Positions 40,801 through 53,558 of a DNA stretch of 64,000 nucleotides are shown here, one piece after another. This DNA comes from Balanoglossus misakiensis (lineage: Eukaryota; Animalia; Hemichordata). Under the pieces are notes generated by a model that saw only the letters and a list, made by a program, of their open reading frames with translations, had not been told where the DNA came from and made no database searches. A program made the translations under genes and the position numbers. The stretch's first letter is position 1. Each line of letters opens with the position of its first letter. The DNA lies in contig CM082580.2 of the NCBI GenBank assembly GCA_040954595.2, positions 8,038,390 through 8,102,389 of the forward strand, written 5' to 3'.

Positions 40801-43800
40801 GCTGTAATTTGCGATCGGGGCCATTAACCGTGTTCCTGAAATTTGTCAAATCCATTTGACGTCTTAATAGCGTCATTCCCCCTTAACAACTGCTTCCTCC
40901 TGTCATGAACCCATGAAATATGCCTTCCCAGGGAGTAATATCGGTATCAGTCCACATTTATTGTGATGGCCTAAAGACCAAGACTGTCCTCTGACACCAT
41001 CAGTACGCAATCATTATAACGGCACATATGTGGGTGGTGAATGGCAAATATTCAAGACGAATATGCAGCCGTGGGGAGCCAATATATTTACTGTAGTACC
41101 GCGTTATTAGATTTATATGCGGATGGGAGTATTGGATACAGATGTTATGTTTGGAGAGGGTGTAAGTTTTCACAGAACATTCATAGTTTTCACATCAAGT
41201 CTATTTTATGCGTGTTGTGTGTGCTCTAACAATGTGCTTTGGAATCTAGCTCCTCTGCAGTTTGCATATATATCATGTCATTTGAACAACTGTCGAGTAC
41301 AATGTGCAATTGCAATAACTATGCACCACTGCCATTGATCTGAAGTCTAAAGGATCTCTCATTATTGACACAAAAACAGAACATGGATCATATCAGGCAA
41401 AGTCTGCTTTGTGTGCAGTCGTAGCTTTAACTGCGCCCACTGAAAAATCAATAATGATAATCATACACCATCGTTCAATATCATTTTCCCTTTTGAGGTC
41501 AAATTGTTATGGATAGCAGACAGCTTCCAAATTATACCAACCGTATATATTCTCATTTTTTTTTCAAGATGAACTTTCTGCTTTGCCTGAAGAAGTGTTC
41601 TATGGTACTTATATCCTTGAGCAAATGTTTAAATGGCTCAACTAGAGTTACATACAATAACTGCATACTTCTGAATCAAATGATTCTTAAGAACACTCTG
41701 CATGCATGCTTTCAACACAATAAATACATAACTGTAGAACTCATCATTTTTATTCTTTGCAGGGAGTGCGTACTGAGAGAGCCATTAATGGGGCTTCCTG
41801 CTAAAGTAACGACTATTATTAAGTACAAATGAAAAAAAAATATAAAAAATTGAGATGCATAAATAGTGAATGTTCCAGAAAGAGACACATATATTATCAA
41901 GCGAGCAAAGGTCATAGAATCCCCAGTCACTTTCCAGAATCAGAACTACAGTATGAATGCAAATAATTCCATATTTCAAATGCATTGAAATGACAGTTAT
42001 AGACTAAAACGCTCACTTTTGTGGACAGACAAAAACAAGTAGAATGGTACACTCACACAACACTGTGCAAATATAAATTATTTCTGTATTTGGGTCAGGT
42101 TTTAAACATTGATGTTGACGTCACATTTAGTTCAACCCACATGGTTATCCAATATGCCATACCGTTATTCATCAATTCCAGTGATAAAAAAAAATTCTAC
42201 GCTGAATAAATTCAAATTCAAACTTCAGTCCTGTGTGAGCGGCCAGGACTCACCGTTGAGTCTGTACGTACAACAGTAACTATAGGTAACTACGTGTATT
42301 ACTGTGCGTGCACTTGAAACAACAACCTTGAACCCTATTGCACATGAAATTACACCACCTATTGTAGACAGTTGGATTAAAACCAAACATTTGAGCTGTG
42401 ACAGGATGAAGTCATACTCAATAGCAACATATCACTGATAGGTAGCCATGGAAACTTGATCTGGAAAGATACATCACCTATCTTATAGCAAAGACCAGTT
42501 TACAGTAATAGAAAAAGTTATACGGGTAGAATACATGTAGCTGATATGACAGTTTATAATGCCTAGGCTAATTTTCTTGTTTATGACTTGCCACAGACTT
42601 GTCCACTGTAAATTGGGTCATAAAAACACCACTGATTACTGTCATCTTCTGCAAAGGTTTGCAGATAAAGCCAGCTTAATCGGGCAAATATCTAAACCAA
42701 GTTCTAAAATGAGATATTTCCTGCTATTTATACCAGCAGCCAGAACACAGATTTCTTATAATGAAACCATGTGTTCTGAATTTAGGTCAAATTCCACTCG
42801 GTGCAGTGAAGTATAAAACCAGCTACAAGTATACAACGAAACGATTGAACCTCACAACCATCCGAGTGTTCCACCCGCTCACGCCGGATTTCGATTATTC
42901 GCATGATTTACTCTCGGTCAAGATTGATACTGTGATGCACCTGTGATCCGCTCTCTGAATAAATCGCAGAAATGGGCAAAGCTTAGAGCAAACAGTCGTA
43001 AAATACCACAGTCTATCAAACTCGGCCTACTCGGGAATAGACGTTTAAATGCCGTGATGAGACACCCCTGCAGTGGCTTGCAAACTGTACTCCACTTGTT
43101 CGAAACGATGACAGAGAGAAACAGATAAATACGAGTCATATTGCAGGAAACCATTTCTGCGGACAGAGTGTAACTTCCTGTCAGGGTCTCCCTGCAGTTT
43201 CGTAGGGTCAATTGTCTACGTGTTTTTCTGTACGTATACCGATGAGGCAAACACCACAAAATCAATACCGACGAATAACTTTGCCAATAGTAATAACTAT
43301 TATTAATCAGATTTATCTCACATGCACAGGAAATAAAAATTTCCATAGAGAACAAAAGATTGACTGACTGCTATGGAGTTATTCACACAAATGCGATGGA
43401 TGAACCAAGGATTGAGAAGGGCAGAATTCAATGTTCAACAAGATACACTTCTGTGATTAAATTAAAAGTAATTGTGATACACAAAACTTGAATAAGAAAA
43501 GGTGTTGGGGGAGGGGGACTTGATCATCGTTCTTATAAATCATCAGAGATCTTCTTGATTACGATGCGACGTACGGCATCTGATAAAAAGTGCCACACTG
43601 CAACGGCCAGAATTTGGGTCATGGCCGCATAGTAGCCCAACAATTTTGTCTGCCCAACCCTTCTGGCTTGAATGCTTACTGTCCATTCAGGTATTTGTGC
43701 ACGCATTCAAAACTGGCATAGGTGGGAACCGGACAAATATGCCAAATGGTCTTTATAAATATTCATGAGGTAAAAAAAAAGTCTCAGACTGTTGAGATGA

Positions 43801-46800
43801 ACAACAGGTGCTAGGTGTCCCTGTACTGAGCTTCAACTGTTGTTGATGACGACGACAGAGATCTACCTGATCTGACCTCAATTACTGAACCTGATCAAAA
43901 AAACAACAACATGATTATTCGAATGCAAATAAAAAGTGACATCTGACAATTGCGTGGTTGTTTTTCCCAGTCTCTGGCAGATGAAATTGACACGTACAAC
44001 CACCAGCCCAGCATTTCACTGACAACAGTTTGAATCACCCAGTGTTTACAATTTGTACCTGAAAATCTGGTGAAAAAAAGTTATTCAGACGTTTTAAAAA
44101 AAGAATTACATAAAAGAAACTGCACACACCTGCCTTATAATATTCCTAGCATAATTAGCAAAGGATTAAGTTTATTTTCAAGTTTTTCATCAAGCATATT
44201 CTACTGCCCAGGTTGTTCCTATATGTGAACACTGTCATGCGCGTTCATTTCAGTTTTGAGAAATGCTACAATCTAAAATCTATGTTCATTCAGCGTATAT
44301 TTCATGGCTGTGTTATATGGACTACAACTACAAGGCCAACTTGTACACAAGTGGTTCTGAGAGAACAACTTGTGTATACAAGTCAGACAAAAAGTGCAAC
44401 ATTTTAGTTCAAGTCTGTAGGGTCATCAAAAGTTCAGTCCAAGGGAGGTCAATTAGACACAGACATACTGTATATGCATGAGTCTGACCGATCCCCTATT
44501 TCAAACGACGGACCCTCCTCACTGGCCTTGAACAACAGGAGAATGAACCACAAACAAGGGATTGAAGTCTACCCAGGCACGGGGCGTGTGGTGTCGTGTC
44601 GCTGCGGTTAACGTTACTTACTTCTTCTTCGTTAAGTACAACATCGTCCTCCACAACCGCTGCCTCCACTACGTCCACAGGCTCTTTCACCTTTTTCTTC
44701 TTCTTGATGAAGTACATACTTTTTTGTTATCTCCACACACAAAGCCCAAGAACTAAGGCACACACTGTTTTTCAACCTTGAGAGCTAAAGCTGCCAGCTA
44801 GCTTATACACATCCAGCACGTGGTATGAGGCAAACCCCTCCCGTGCGGTGCAAAGTCCAAACCACGAGAGCACTGATGAAATATCCCAGCCACACTTGGC
44901 ACAAGTCCAATCCGCGGCGGCAGAAGAAAAAATAACCCCACAGGAGAGTCAAGATGAAAACAAACAGCTGAAAGTGACTTCTACCGAATTTGCATACAGG
45001 AGGGGCTTTTCAGGTACAGAGACTAGTGCAGCATGCTTGTGAAGGCAGCATGTCTGTGTATTCAAATGAGCACAATAACAGGTTTGTGGGAAGTTTAATG
45101 TACTGACGTGACCCCCTCTCGATGGATGTCATTGCGGGTCAAAGGTTAAACCGCTGGCAGCCGAGTCCTATTTACCTATTTTTTCTCTCTATTCAGAAGG
45201 AGAAAAGAACGCAGTGGTGCAGGAAAACAACTTGAAATCTCCCGTGTTCAGCCGAAAACTGGTGAACTTACATCATTCAGGTAAGATGAATTTGCCTAGT
45301 GTTCAACTTCTATTATCTTTGGAGATAGTTTTAACTGAGGATAAGCCTATATTTTATACTGATTTCTTCTTTTATGGTCCCCTAAAGCTTTATCTCTAAC
45401 TGTGTCGTATTAAAGGAAAGCCATTGAAGCCAACCACTGGACTTATAAAGCAGTAATTCTACAAAAGGATGGCTCTACAGGTCTCCAACTTTATGTACAT
45501 TTCATGAAAGATATCTGCTTGATAACTTACATATACATGTATGCACATATTCAATGACCATGTCTCATTTATGACATTTTGTCACAGTGAAACGGGATGG
45601 CTTATCTCTGTATACAGTACACATTTGACGAGATTATATTACGAACAAAACATTGATAATCCTGAAAACGATTGTAGATTTGCGATTGGATAGTGACCTT
45701 GATGGCAGATAATGAGTGATCAGATGATTAGGATGCCTGTTGTTAAGGAGACCTGATTTACTTCCAATTAACAAATCTCATTAATCGTTGATTATTTGGG
45801 GCTCTTCTTGTTATCTTAGAATGGTTTAAGCGCTCAGTAATTATAAATAAGGTACGCTGTATTTGGGGGGGGGGGGGGGGTGTTAAAGGGACAAAGTCTC
45901 TCTCTCACGGCCCTTTTTCCATTAATTATGTTTGATACAAGACACCGTTTATGTTATTCTACATTTGGATATATAGTGAATCAACGTTCGACCACACACA
46001 ACTTCCATTCCGTTTGTAGGATATGAGAGAGAAAATCTCACCAATGGTAAACACCGATTATTACCCTAATTCATCTAAAACGTCATTTCAAATTCAGCTT
46101 GTAGCCTTGACACAACTCTGTTTTAATGCATTGAAAATGCAGTACATTTACTTAATATTCTACTGCCACCACAGGCAAGTTGTTAGTTCTCGAACACCCG
46201 CTGGCCATAATCCCATCAGCACAAACACACACTCAATCCTATAAACCTCACTCCCTTCATCCCTCCCTTGTCTCTACAGGACTCCAAAGTCCATTAGCTT
46301 GTCTGGGTCACTAGACTCTAACCTGGATTACGGACAACAATTGTTAATTGATACTGAGGGCCACAATACGAACAATGGCCCGAAACAATGACCCCCCAAA
46401 ATAGCCCAGGGGAGGAATTTAATACCATACACAAAGACCAGTTGTCCCATTCAATCATTCAGTAATCTGCAATAATTTAAACTGCTACTGTGCATCAACA
46501 TGATAGCGTAAGTATAGTTGACAAACACAATAGTTCAATTTTATTTGTTTTAAAGCTGGTTTCATTTCAGTTTTGACTGTGATAAACGTACTGCATGACT
46601 ACTGTACAGCAAAAATTCCAAAAAAGTACTGTATAAAAAAATCGAACTAGCTGCCAGAGTTCATATATAATGAGATATATTTGCATATTATTAGATGATA
46701 ATGTTTAGCTAGCGCATAGTTGCAACAAATGTTAACCGCGTATGATTTGATAACCACCACTTCACTTGGTCTGAAAAAGTTATAATATATTAAAACTGCC

Positions 46801-49800
46801 TCTAGAGGGCGACATACAAGTTCTGTGACATGAACACAGCATATAATATATCTAAGCTTTATATTGAGCAAATGAGAAACATGGTAAACACTTGACTGAC
46901 TTTTTGATTGATTCGGACAGCTTTCATTTCTGGCATTTATACAAGACAGTAATGGCTTTGAGGATAATACCATCCAATGAATCCAGCACCAGTTCACGAC
47001 CTAAGATACTATACCCTCTGACCTCACGAAGTAGGACATGTGATCCCCCATAATAGCTTTCACTTTTTACAGACGTGCTATAAAATAGACAGAGTTTAAA
47101 ATGGGTCAACTCTATACAGCCCATTAGAGACATTGCCTATGGCTAAATATAACATGTGGGTTAATGCTCCACCACTGTTGAAGCTAGGTTCAAGTCGGTC
47201 AATTAGAAAAAATAAAATCATTTGCAACAGATTCTCAGGTCTTTTTTTCATTCAAGTAACATAAACATCTATTTGAAGTTTATGGCTCCCCAGCACAGCT
47301 TTTCATGGCGAGTTAACATGTATACTGTTGAGTCTGCGCAGTGACTTTCTCGTTTCTGCAAACTGTATCACCTTCACACCACTCACCATGTTCTCCCCAC
47401 TCAAACATTTCAAATGAAAAGAAAACACACGTCATAATCTAATCTGAAGTTTACGCAGTGACCCACTTTGTTGCATTTCGCGATCTTACTGAAAGATCAG
47501 CCAATCATTGCACACAGCGGAGTTAAAAGCTTGCCACTATTTGGTTTTAATAGCGCTCAACCAGGAATGTTAAAATATGCAATTAGCACATCCGAACGGT
47601 CAGCTTTGAATAATGTAGCCATATATGTATGCACGTGAGAAGTATGTAGCTTTGAAAGATTTCCACTATGAAGTACATTGAGCTTTGTATTGTAATATTC
47701 CCTAACTTCGACCTAAAATATTCTTGATTCCCACTTTGGGATTCTTGACAATAAAAAAGCCACATTTTGGGTGACCTTGACATTTTCCGACATTGGGATC
47801 CATCAATAAAGTCAAGGAATTCTGTGTCAACTTCGCTGGATTTCCTTACTGAAGAAGTCATCATCAAATCACAGAAAAAACGCTCCAAAAAATGAATATG
47901 GCTTATCCTTTCACAAGAGGTTGCCTGATCCATAACCTTTGACCTTAAAATACAGAGAATGAATATTATTTGAACGTGACATGTTACAAAATGTATAAGG
48001 TCTTCAGTAGCCTGTGCTTTGCAATTGACACAAACACCCTCTATTCCCTGAGTATACCTCTATATCTCTCACGATACAATCTTCTTGATCAAATTCAAAA
48101 GGGCAGGCCTCATCATTTCAAGTCACACAGTGCCAGCATAGTGTTATTGCTTTATCTTGGCAATATTCACATCTCATCTACGCGGCCCCCGATGAGACGA
48201 GACGATAACACATCAGCATCAGAATTGAAAAATAGTAAATTGGAAATACTCCGCGGGGGCAGGGAAAAGATTAGAGTAGCTTGCTTGCAGAGGTGTTCTG
48301 TAATCCAAATGACAACTAGCAGGCAACGAGTTGGATGACATTTCAGAAAAACTACACCGTTAAAAAATGTAGAATCAGATTAGTTCAATCAAAGATAGTG
48401 TTCTCTCCATTGGGCCACTCTAACAGGATGAGAAAAGGGCAGACGGCAAAAACAGCCGCCTACTCTGTCGTTCGACATTCATAACAGCAATATTACTTTC
48501 AGAAAATCTGCAAAAATGGTTTGGTCAGAAATAATGTTTTTAACGGAAAAAACATCATTTTGGTTTACATGTAGTGTCGTTATAAAGAATATATTGAGAA
48601 ACTAGCTCATTCAAAACAGAAGCTCTCTTGGACAAAAAACTTCCAAACAATTATCTCCTGACCAACTTCAGCCTGGAACACTTTCCTACTGAATCTGCCA
48701 ACACTATCAAATGTTTGCCCCTGCAGGCATTGCAGATTCTATACCATCCAAGGTAGGCTTCCTGGAGATCCCAGCGGACCAATTTACGTGTCTGTCGACT
48801 GTACTGAGCCTTAGACCCCTCTGCCATCAATTGCCCTGTAACATTTAATACACAGTGATCAATCTCTCCTCAATTATAGACACTTTCCTCCGTCAGATAT
48901 TGAGTTGCTTGGAGACTAAGCCTCGTATAGGATTCCTTACTTCAATGAATACATCATCAAACCGTAAAAAACCTCAAATTATTAAGAGTACAGTCACCAG
49001 TGTTGAGATCAAGGAGTTGATACTGTCTGCACTGATATGATATATACTTGAGATCTAGCCAATCACAGATTTTCACTTGGATGCCACATTAAAAAAGTGT
49101 GCCAGCAAATGCTTAGACATTGCATACAGACGAAAATTTACGATTAAAATACATTAAAATTCTTTTACTGAAATCAGCACAACAACTCCTGAAAAAACAT
49201 CCTTTTTTACTCAAATTCCTCATGGAAAAGGCAACCATTGGTGACACTCCTAGGAAATCTTGAGATTCTGAATGGCTTACAGCATCACAAATCATGGGAT
49301 AAGTATCGCTTGTTGATGAAAAGAAAAACTGTGTAGTGTTATACAAACCAATTAAAATCCAGAGCGACCTGCACATAAACCTTGAAATTTGAACACTCAC
49401 TGGTAGCTCAGCTGTGGCTCCAATCTGATATCACAATTAACTTTATGAAGGTTATGATTATGAAATGCAATACTGACATATGTTGATCTAATCTCTTTCT
49501 TTCGTTCACATTTTATGGTGACCTCGAAAAATACATGTAGACATTATAATACAGCAAGAGTCCCTGAAAAACAGCTTAAGTATCAAAATATACAACAGCT
49601 CTAATTTGTATACAGCTACAGAAGTACATGTACATTCCAAAACTGATAATATTTAAATATTCTGATGCATTTCTGTTTTGATAATTTTGAAAGAGCTTTA
49701 CAGTTTACAACCAGGTGGCTGGGACACTATTTTTAGTCACTTTTATAGACAGCTTTTTAAATTTAGATAGCTGTTATAACTCATTCTCCAATATTCCAGA

Positions 49801-52092
49801 TCTATGTATGCCAGCTGAGTGATGAACAATTGCATTTTGCACCTGATTCAAGAGCTCATGGCCATTTGTTGGTCGTAAAATACAGAAAGAAAGCCGGGCT
49901 TTTTTGTGTTGTCTTCGGATTCGTAGTTGCTTGATCCTTGCACATAATTTATGGGCATCATCATGCCTCCATTAAAGGCCGTATAAAGCGCAGAAAAAAC
50001 TACGACAGGTCGCGACCTTACAGCTGAAATACAGCTATCGCATTCCGATCTCTGGATCGATAGCAACAGATGAACGCATGGGGAATTTTATGACAAATCC
50101 AATGTGCTTGATTTTTATCAGTATTCTCACGGGGTAAGGAAGACATGTGGTGGATGAAACCCTGGAGCAAGTGAACACAACACTTCTTCCCAGATTTTAG
50201 CTCTGTGTGGCAAGCAAGGTCTGTCAGTCCTGGCAAGTTTGTGCCTTTTCGTTGGCGGTGCAGCCAGTAACGACACACTCAGCGTTGCCACACACAGCTA
50301 CCCAGATTTATACTCCTTGAAAAATCCGCACGTACACGTAGGTACAAAAAATAAGGATGGCAACCTTCAAAGTTATTAAGACTGTAAAAGCAGCCATCCA
50401 ATATTATGAGCCAGGGATTCCTGCTGTTTGCCTGCCTAAAATGGCTGTGTGTATGCGTTACGTTGGCCCTGGTCACACAGTTGGAGTTTTGGCTGTTGAT
50501 TTTCAGTCTAGAAAAGACACTGTTAATTATGCTGGTCTTGATTCAGGCACTGACTTCAACTTTGTATTCCCTTCATTGAATCGTAAGCCACAATAAGTAG
50601 GCCAGGGACAGCAGACATTTCCCTGTGTAGAACCCCATGACCTCTGGACCTGTCAACTTTGCTTAGCTGAATTAGTACGTTGACACTGATGATGATGGCT
50701 GGGGTAGCGGGTACCCTGCTTTATAATTTGATTTCTTGAACAAAGTGAGCCTGCCAGCCATATTGGAGGTTCTGGTTCATCTCTGCGAATTTTATAGATC
50801 CAAAGAAATCACTCTCTTCTCAATTAATTATTTGCTTGCAGGCGATTATTTTGAGTGTAATAATTAATCTAATTTCTTTCTAATCCTAACTGCTATTATC
50901 ATTCTGAATTTCAAAGCCTCGTAGTCAAAGCGATTATTTAGCTCCCTAATCCAATAATTTCTTCTTCTTTTTTAATTTTTGATTGATTACTGTCTGTGAT
51001 ATGATAGAGAACAGATTATGACCGCTGCATTCTGTGCTGCATTGCATAATCAGTAATACTGTAGATTTCAGAAATATTACCACACTCCTTTAACAGCATC
51101 ATCACGACCTCCAATCATGACATGCATAAATTACAAGGAAGGAAGGAAGGAACGAAGGACATCTCTCAGCCGACATGTAACACCTGGCATCACTACTGCT
51201 GGGGTACTGTCGCTGAACTCTTCACTTGTAATACTGAACTTTATCCCAGCCGATGATAGTAGCTATATCAGCTTATCACAATCCGGGTGATTGGTGTTCA
51301 GCTGCAGTGGGTTGACACAGATCGCGGATTATCTACGGCACAATCCGACAGACAATTGTCTAACAAACTGCTGTCAGCACTAAACAGACTGCTTTGTATG
51401 CTCTGAGCACTTTTCTGACCTCTCACTAGTAACATATTCAGCTTTTCACTGAACGCTGCTATTTTAAAATCTAACATCATGTTTTATTGTTCAGCCCAGA
51501 TTATTTCCACATCATCCTAGAAACACCTTTCACAAACCTTGACAATTTTCCAAAACACGTGACCACGCACATCTACCAGACAGTGAGTGTACAATACATC
51601 TCTTTCGTGGGCTGTACCAAACTTATGGCATGCTTCTGTTACGTGCATCAATTTGCTCTACTTCCAACAGTATGCTAAAATGCCCAGTATTCTGCTCGGT
51701 GCTAGTTGACACATTTATTTGATCAATCATTGATCTAAAACGACTGGATGAATGAATTAAATTCCAGTTTTGATTTAGATTTCCCACATATGGGCTGTGT
51801 TGATAAGCTGAATACTGGTCATTTCATCCTGAATTATTGACGCAATCAAAACAAGGCAATGTAGATGTTAAATAAAACTAAAGGTAGCTTAAAAAAACTA
51901 CTCTCCCCTTAATTTTCTTTAACTCGTTCATCACCTGAGTTTTGTTCAGCCCCATTGTCTTAATGGTCTGGTTGAGACCAACCACTGGAAAATGGGGGTG
52001 AAAAGGTTAAAAAAAATAGATCACGTCAACAAATCTCCTACCTTGTCAGTGTCATCTTCAATACCAACATCCATCCTATGTGGATCTGCCAT
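16850..52092 (-). CDS. PRKAG2: 5'-AMP-activated protein kinase subunit gamma (four CBS domains; gamma2-like long N-terminus)
   Basis: Exons on -: 52042-52092 ([17 protein letters not shown]), 34739-34894 ([11 protein letters not shown]...), 31480-31654, [28901-28921], 26727-26887, 25384-25432, 24690-24787 ([20 protein letters not shown]), 23992-24073 ([20 protein letters not shown]), 23263-23321 ([12 protein letters not shown]), 21384-21429, 19584-19635, 19225-19351 (KIHRLPVID...YILTHKRIL), 18059-18139, 17680-17802 (RVSALPV...YSKFDVI), 17233-17379 ([12 protein letters not shown]), 16986-17079 (VHRLVIVD...SLSDIL), 16850-16860 (stop). Phases are consistent throughout. The CBS core is certain; the N-terminal exon chain is inferred. 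Confidence 0.93.
19931..19945 (+). promoter_or_regulatory. CTCF-like motif (intronic)
   Basis: CCACAAGGTGGCGCA, one mismatch to CCACCAGGTGGCGC. Confidence 0.5.
26727..26887 (-). CDS. PRKAG2: AMPK-gamma N-terminal internal exon (Q/P-rich)
   Basis: Branch point ttctaac, CT-rich tract and aag| acceptor; encodes (V)[53 protein letters not shown]; donor gtaagc; phase 1 to 0 links the flanking exons in frame. Confidence 0.75.
27880..27922 (+). repeat. Dispersed repeat terminus TTAAAGGGACAAAGTCTCTCTCT (copy 1; probable MITE end)
   Basis: 23 nt identical to 45883-45905, with further similarity (ccctttt.c.attaa). Confidence 0.6.
28901..28921 (-). CDS. PRKAG2: Candidate 21-nt frame-preserving microexon of AMPK-gamma (GEYFKYR)
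   Basis: ttctaacttggttcattccacag|GGGAATATTTCAAGTACCGGG|gtaagt; phase 1-1 matches the host intron; no stop codon. Confidence 0.6.
32820..32907. repeat. Perfect 18-bp inverted repeat with 52-bp spacer
   Basis: taatttgaatcctgggaa (32820-32837) / ttcccaggattcaaatta (32890-32907). Confidence 0.85.
44622..44717 (-). CDS. PRKAG2: Candidate alternative first coding exon of AMPK-gamma ([32 protein letters not shown])
   Basis: ATG at 44717, exactly 32 codons, then consensus donor GAA|gtaagt in phase 0, compatible with the DLSSF exon at 34894. Confidence 0.65.
45883..45925 (+). repeat. Dispersed repeat terminus (copy 2 of the 27880 element), preceded by poly-G
   Basis: TTAAAGGGACAAAGTCTCTCTCT shared with 27880-27902. 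Confidence 0.6.
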
Positions 52093-52307
52093 CCTGAATT
52101 TTTATCTCAGCTAGACAGTTTTCACAGACTTGAAAATTGCAGCTTTGTTCTTGCACAAAAGATATGTTGGCGACCAAAAGGAGTGATTTTTGATCCTTTG
52201 TTGATCCTTTCCAATTTGGTGTGGAGTGACAGAATTAGCTTCAATCTGAAATGAGCATAATTATAAAGATCAATTTTGATGATGTCATTATTATTTTAAA
52301 ACAATAA

Positions 52308-52320
52308 TGATGACGACGAC

Positions 52321-52374
<54 letters not shown>

Positions 52375-52380
52375 TGATGA
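52308..52380 (+). repeat. (GAT)n microsatellite in AMPK-gamma first intron
   Basis: About 17 perfect GAT units with GAC variants at the 5' side. Confidence 0.95.
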
Positions 52381-52971
52381 AATAAAAAATTATATATATT
52401 AATAATTTAATAATAAAAATAATAATGATGTGTCATCATCTTAAATATTCACAACAAATTATATTGAAAAAATTATGAATCAATGAATTCTCAGTTCAGG
52501 ATGGTTTGGGAAGCAAGCTGTCAAACAATCCGCCCTGAAATGACAACATAACGCAGCACTGACACACCCCCCCCCCCCCCCCATCAATAAAATGGTTGGA
52601 ACTGTGTGTACGTTATATGCAAATTTTTGCTGGTATGACAGTTATATTTATATGAGATAAAGTTCCTCCAACAAACTTCCGTCTTCCCTGTGAAGGTATG
52701 TTAAGATTCTGAACATTATTTTCATTAAACCTTCCAAAAAAGTGAATAATGCACTGTTTGCTGGCCCGACCTAGTAATAATCAGGCGGCTGGTCAAGTAA
52801 AACCAAGCTGTTCATGAAGGCGTCCGGCGTCGCGTACATCGCAAGGTCCTCTTACGCAAACTCATTTGATTAATCATTTGTTTACCAGTTGTTTCTGTAG
52901 TGGTCTCGATCAGGTGAATCCAGAGATCATTTGAAACCCGCACGTGGTCACAAAAATGGCTTTCAACTCAC

Positions 52972-53350
52972 CTTAGATCGCCTTTGTGTGGCTCTATAGC
53001 GCTTCCCTTTGCCTTGATCTCTTGAAACGTGACGGGGGGAACAATTCACTCGCAAAGGCCAATCTAGGGAATGACCTGCCGACGAGGACACTCTCGCAGC
53101 GTATAATCCTCCGCACGGTCGTCCGCGACTGCGACTGGTGACTTTTCCACAAATACTTTCCAGGTACGAGCTCAAGACACACAATTATTCACCATTTACC
53201 GCGTAGTGCCGGCCTGGACATCCACGGGCGTATCAGTTTACTGAAATTGTTATCCACTTCAACTTTGGCCCGTCCTTGCCTTCCAAATTTAGCTAACTAT
53301 TGAAAATCATAGCAGGGCGCCTTAACTTGGCGTCCATTCTATCATTTGCT
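52972..53350 (-). promoter_or_regulatory. Probable distal promoter and 5'UTR exon of AMPK-gamma
   Basis: CpG-rich segment ending in donor AAG|gtgagt at 52972/52971. Splicing to the acceptor at 52093 places G directly before the ATG at 52092. Upstream boundary approximate. Confidence 0.55.
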
Positions 53351-53543
53351 GATAACGTGTTGAGATAGCTGTCGCGAATGTTTTGCCAAAATATTGGTAT
53401 TTTTTGGTTTAGAATAAAAGGGTACTAATGACAAACTTGCGAAATATTGCTTTCCTCTCTCTAATCACGTGCGCTTCAAGTATGTCCCACCCTTTTTTAT
53501 AATATTTATAATACAGTTATGGGGTCTCAATCCCAGATCAACG

Positions 53544-53558
53544 CCACTGGGTGGCGCT
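53544..53558 (+). promoter_or_regulatory. CTCF-like motif between the ABCB6 3' end and the AMPK-gamma promoter
   Basis: CCACTGGGTGGCGCT, close to the CTCF core consensus. Confidence 0.5.

Noticed and set aside
52963-53184. 73-aa ORF as the AMPK-gamma N-terminus
   Set aside because: No ATG start, and splicing to exon 52093 in this frame reaches TAG after five codons; better read as 5'UTR.
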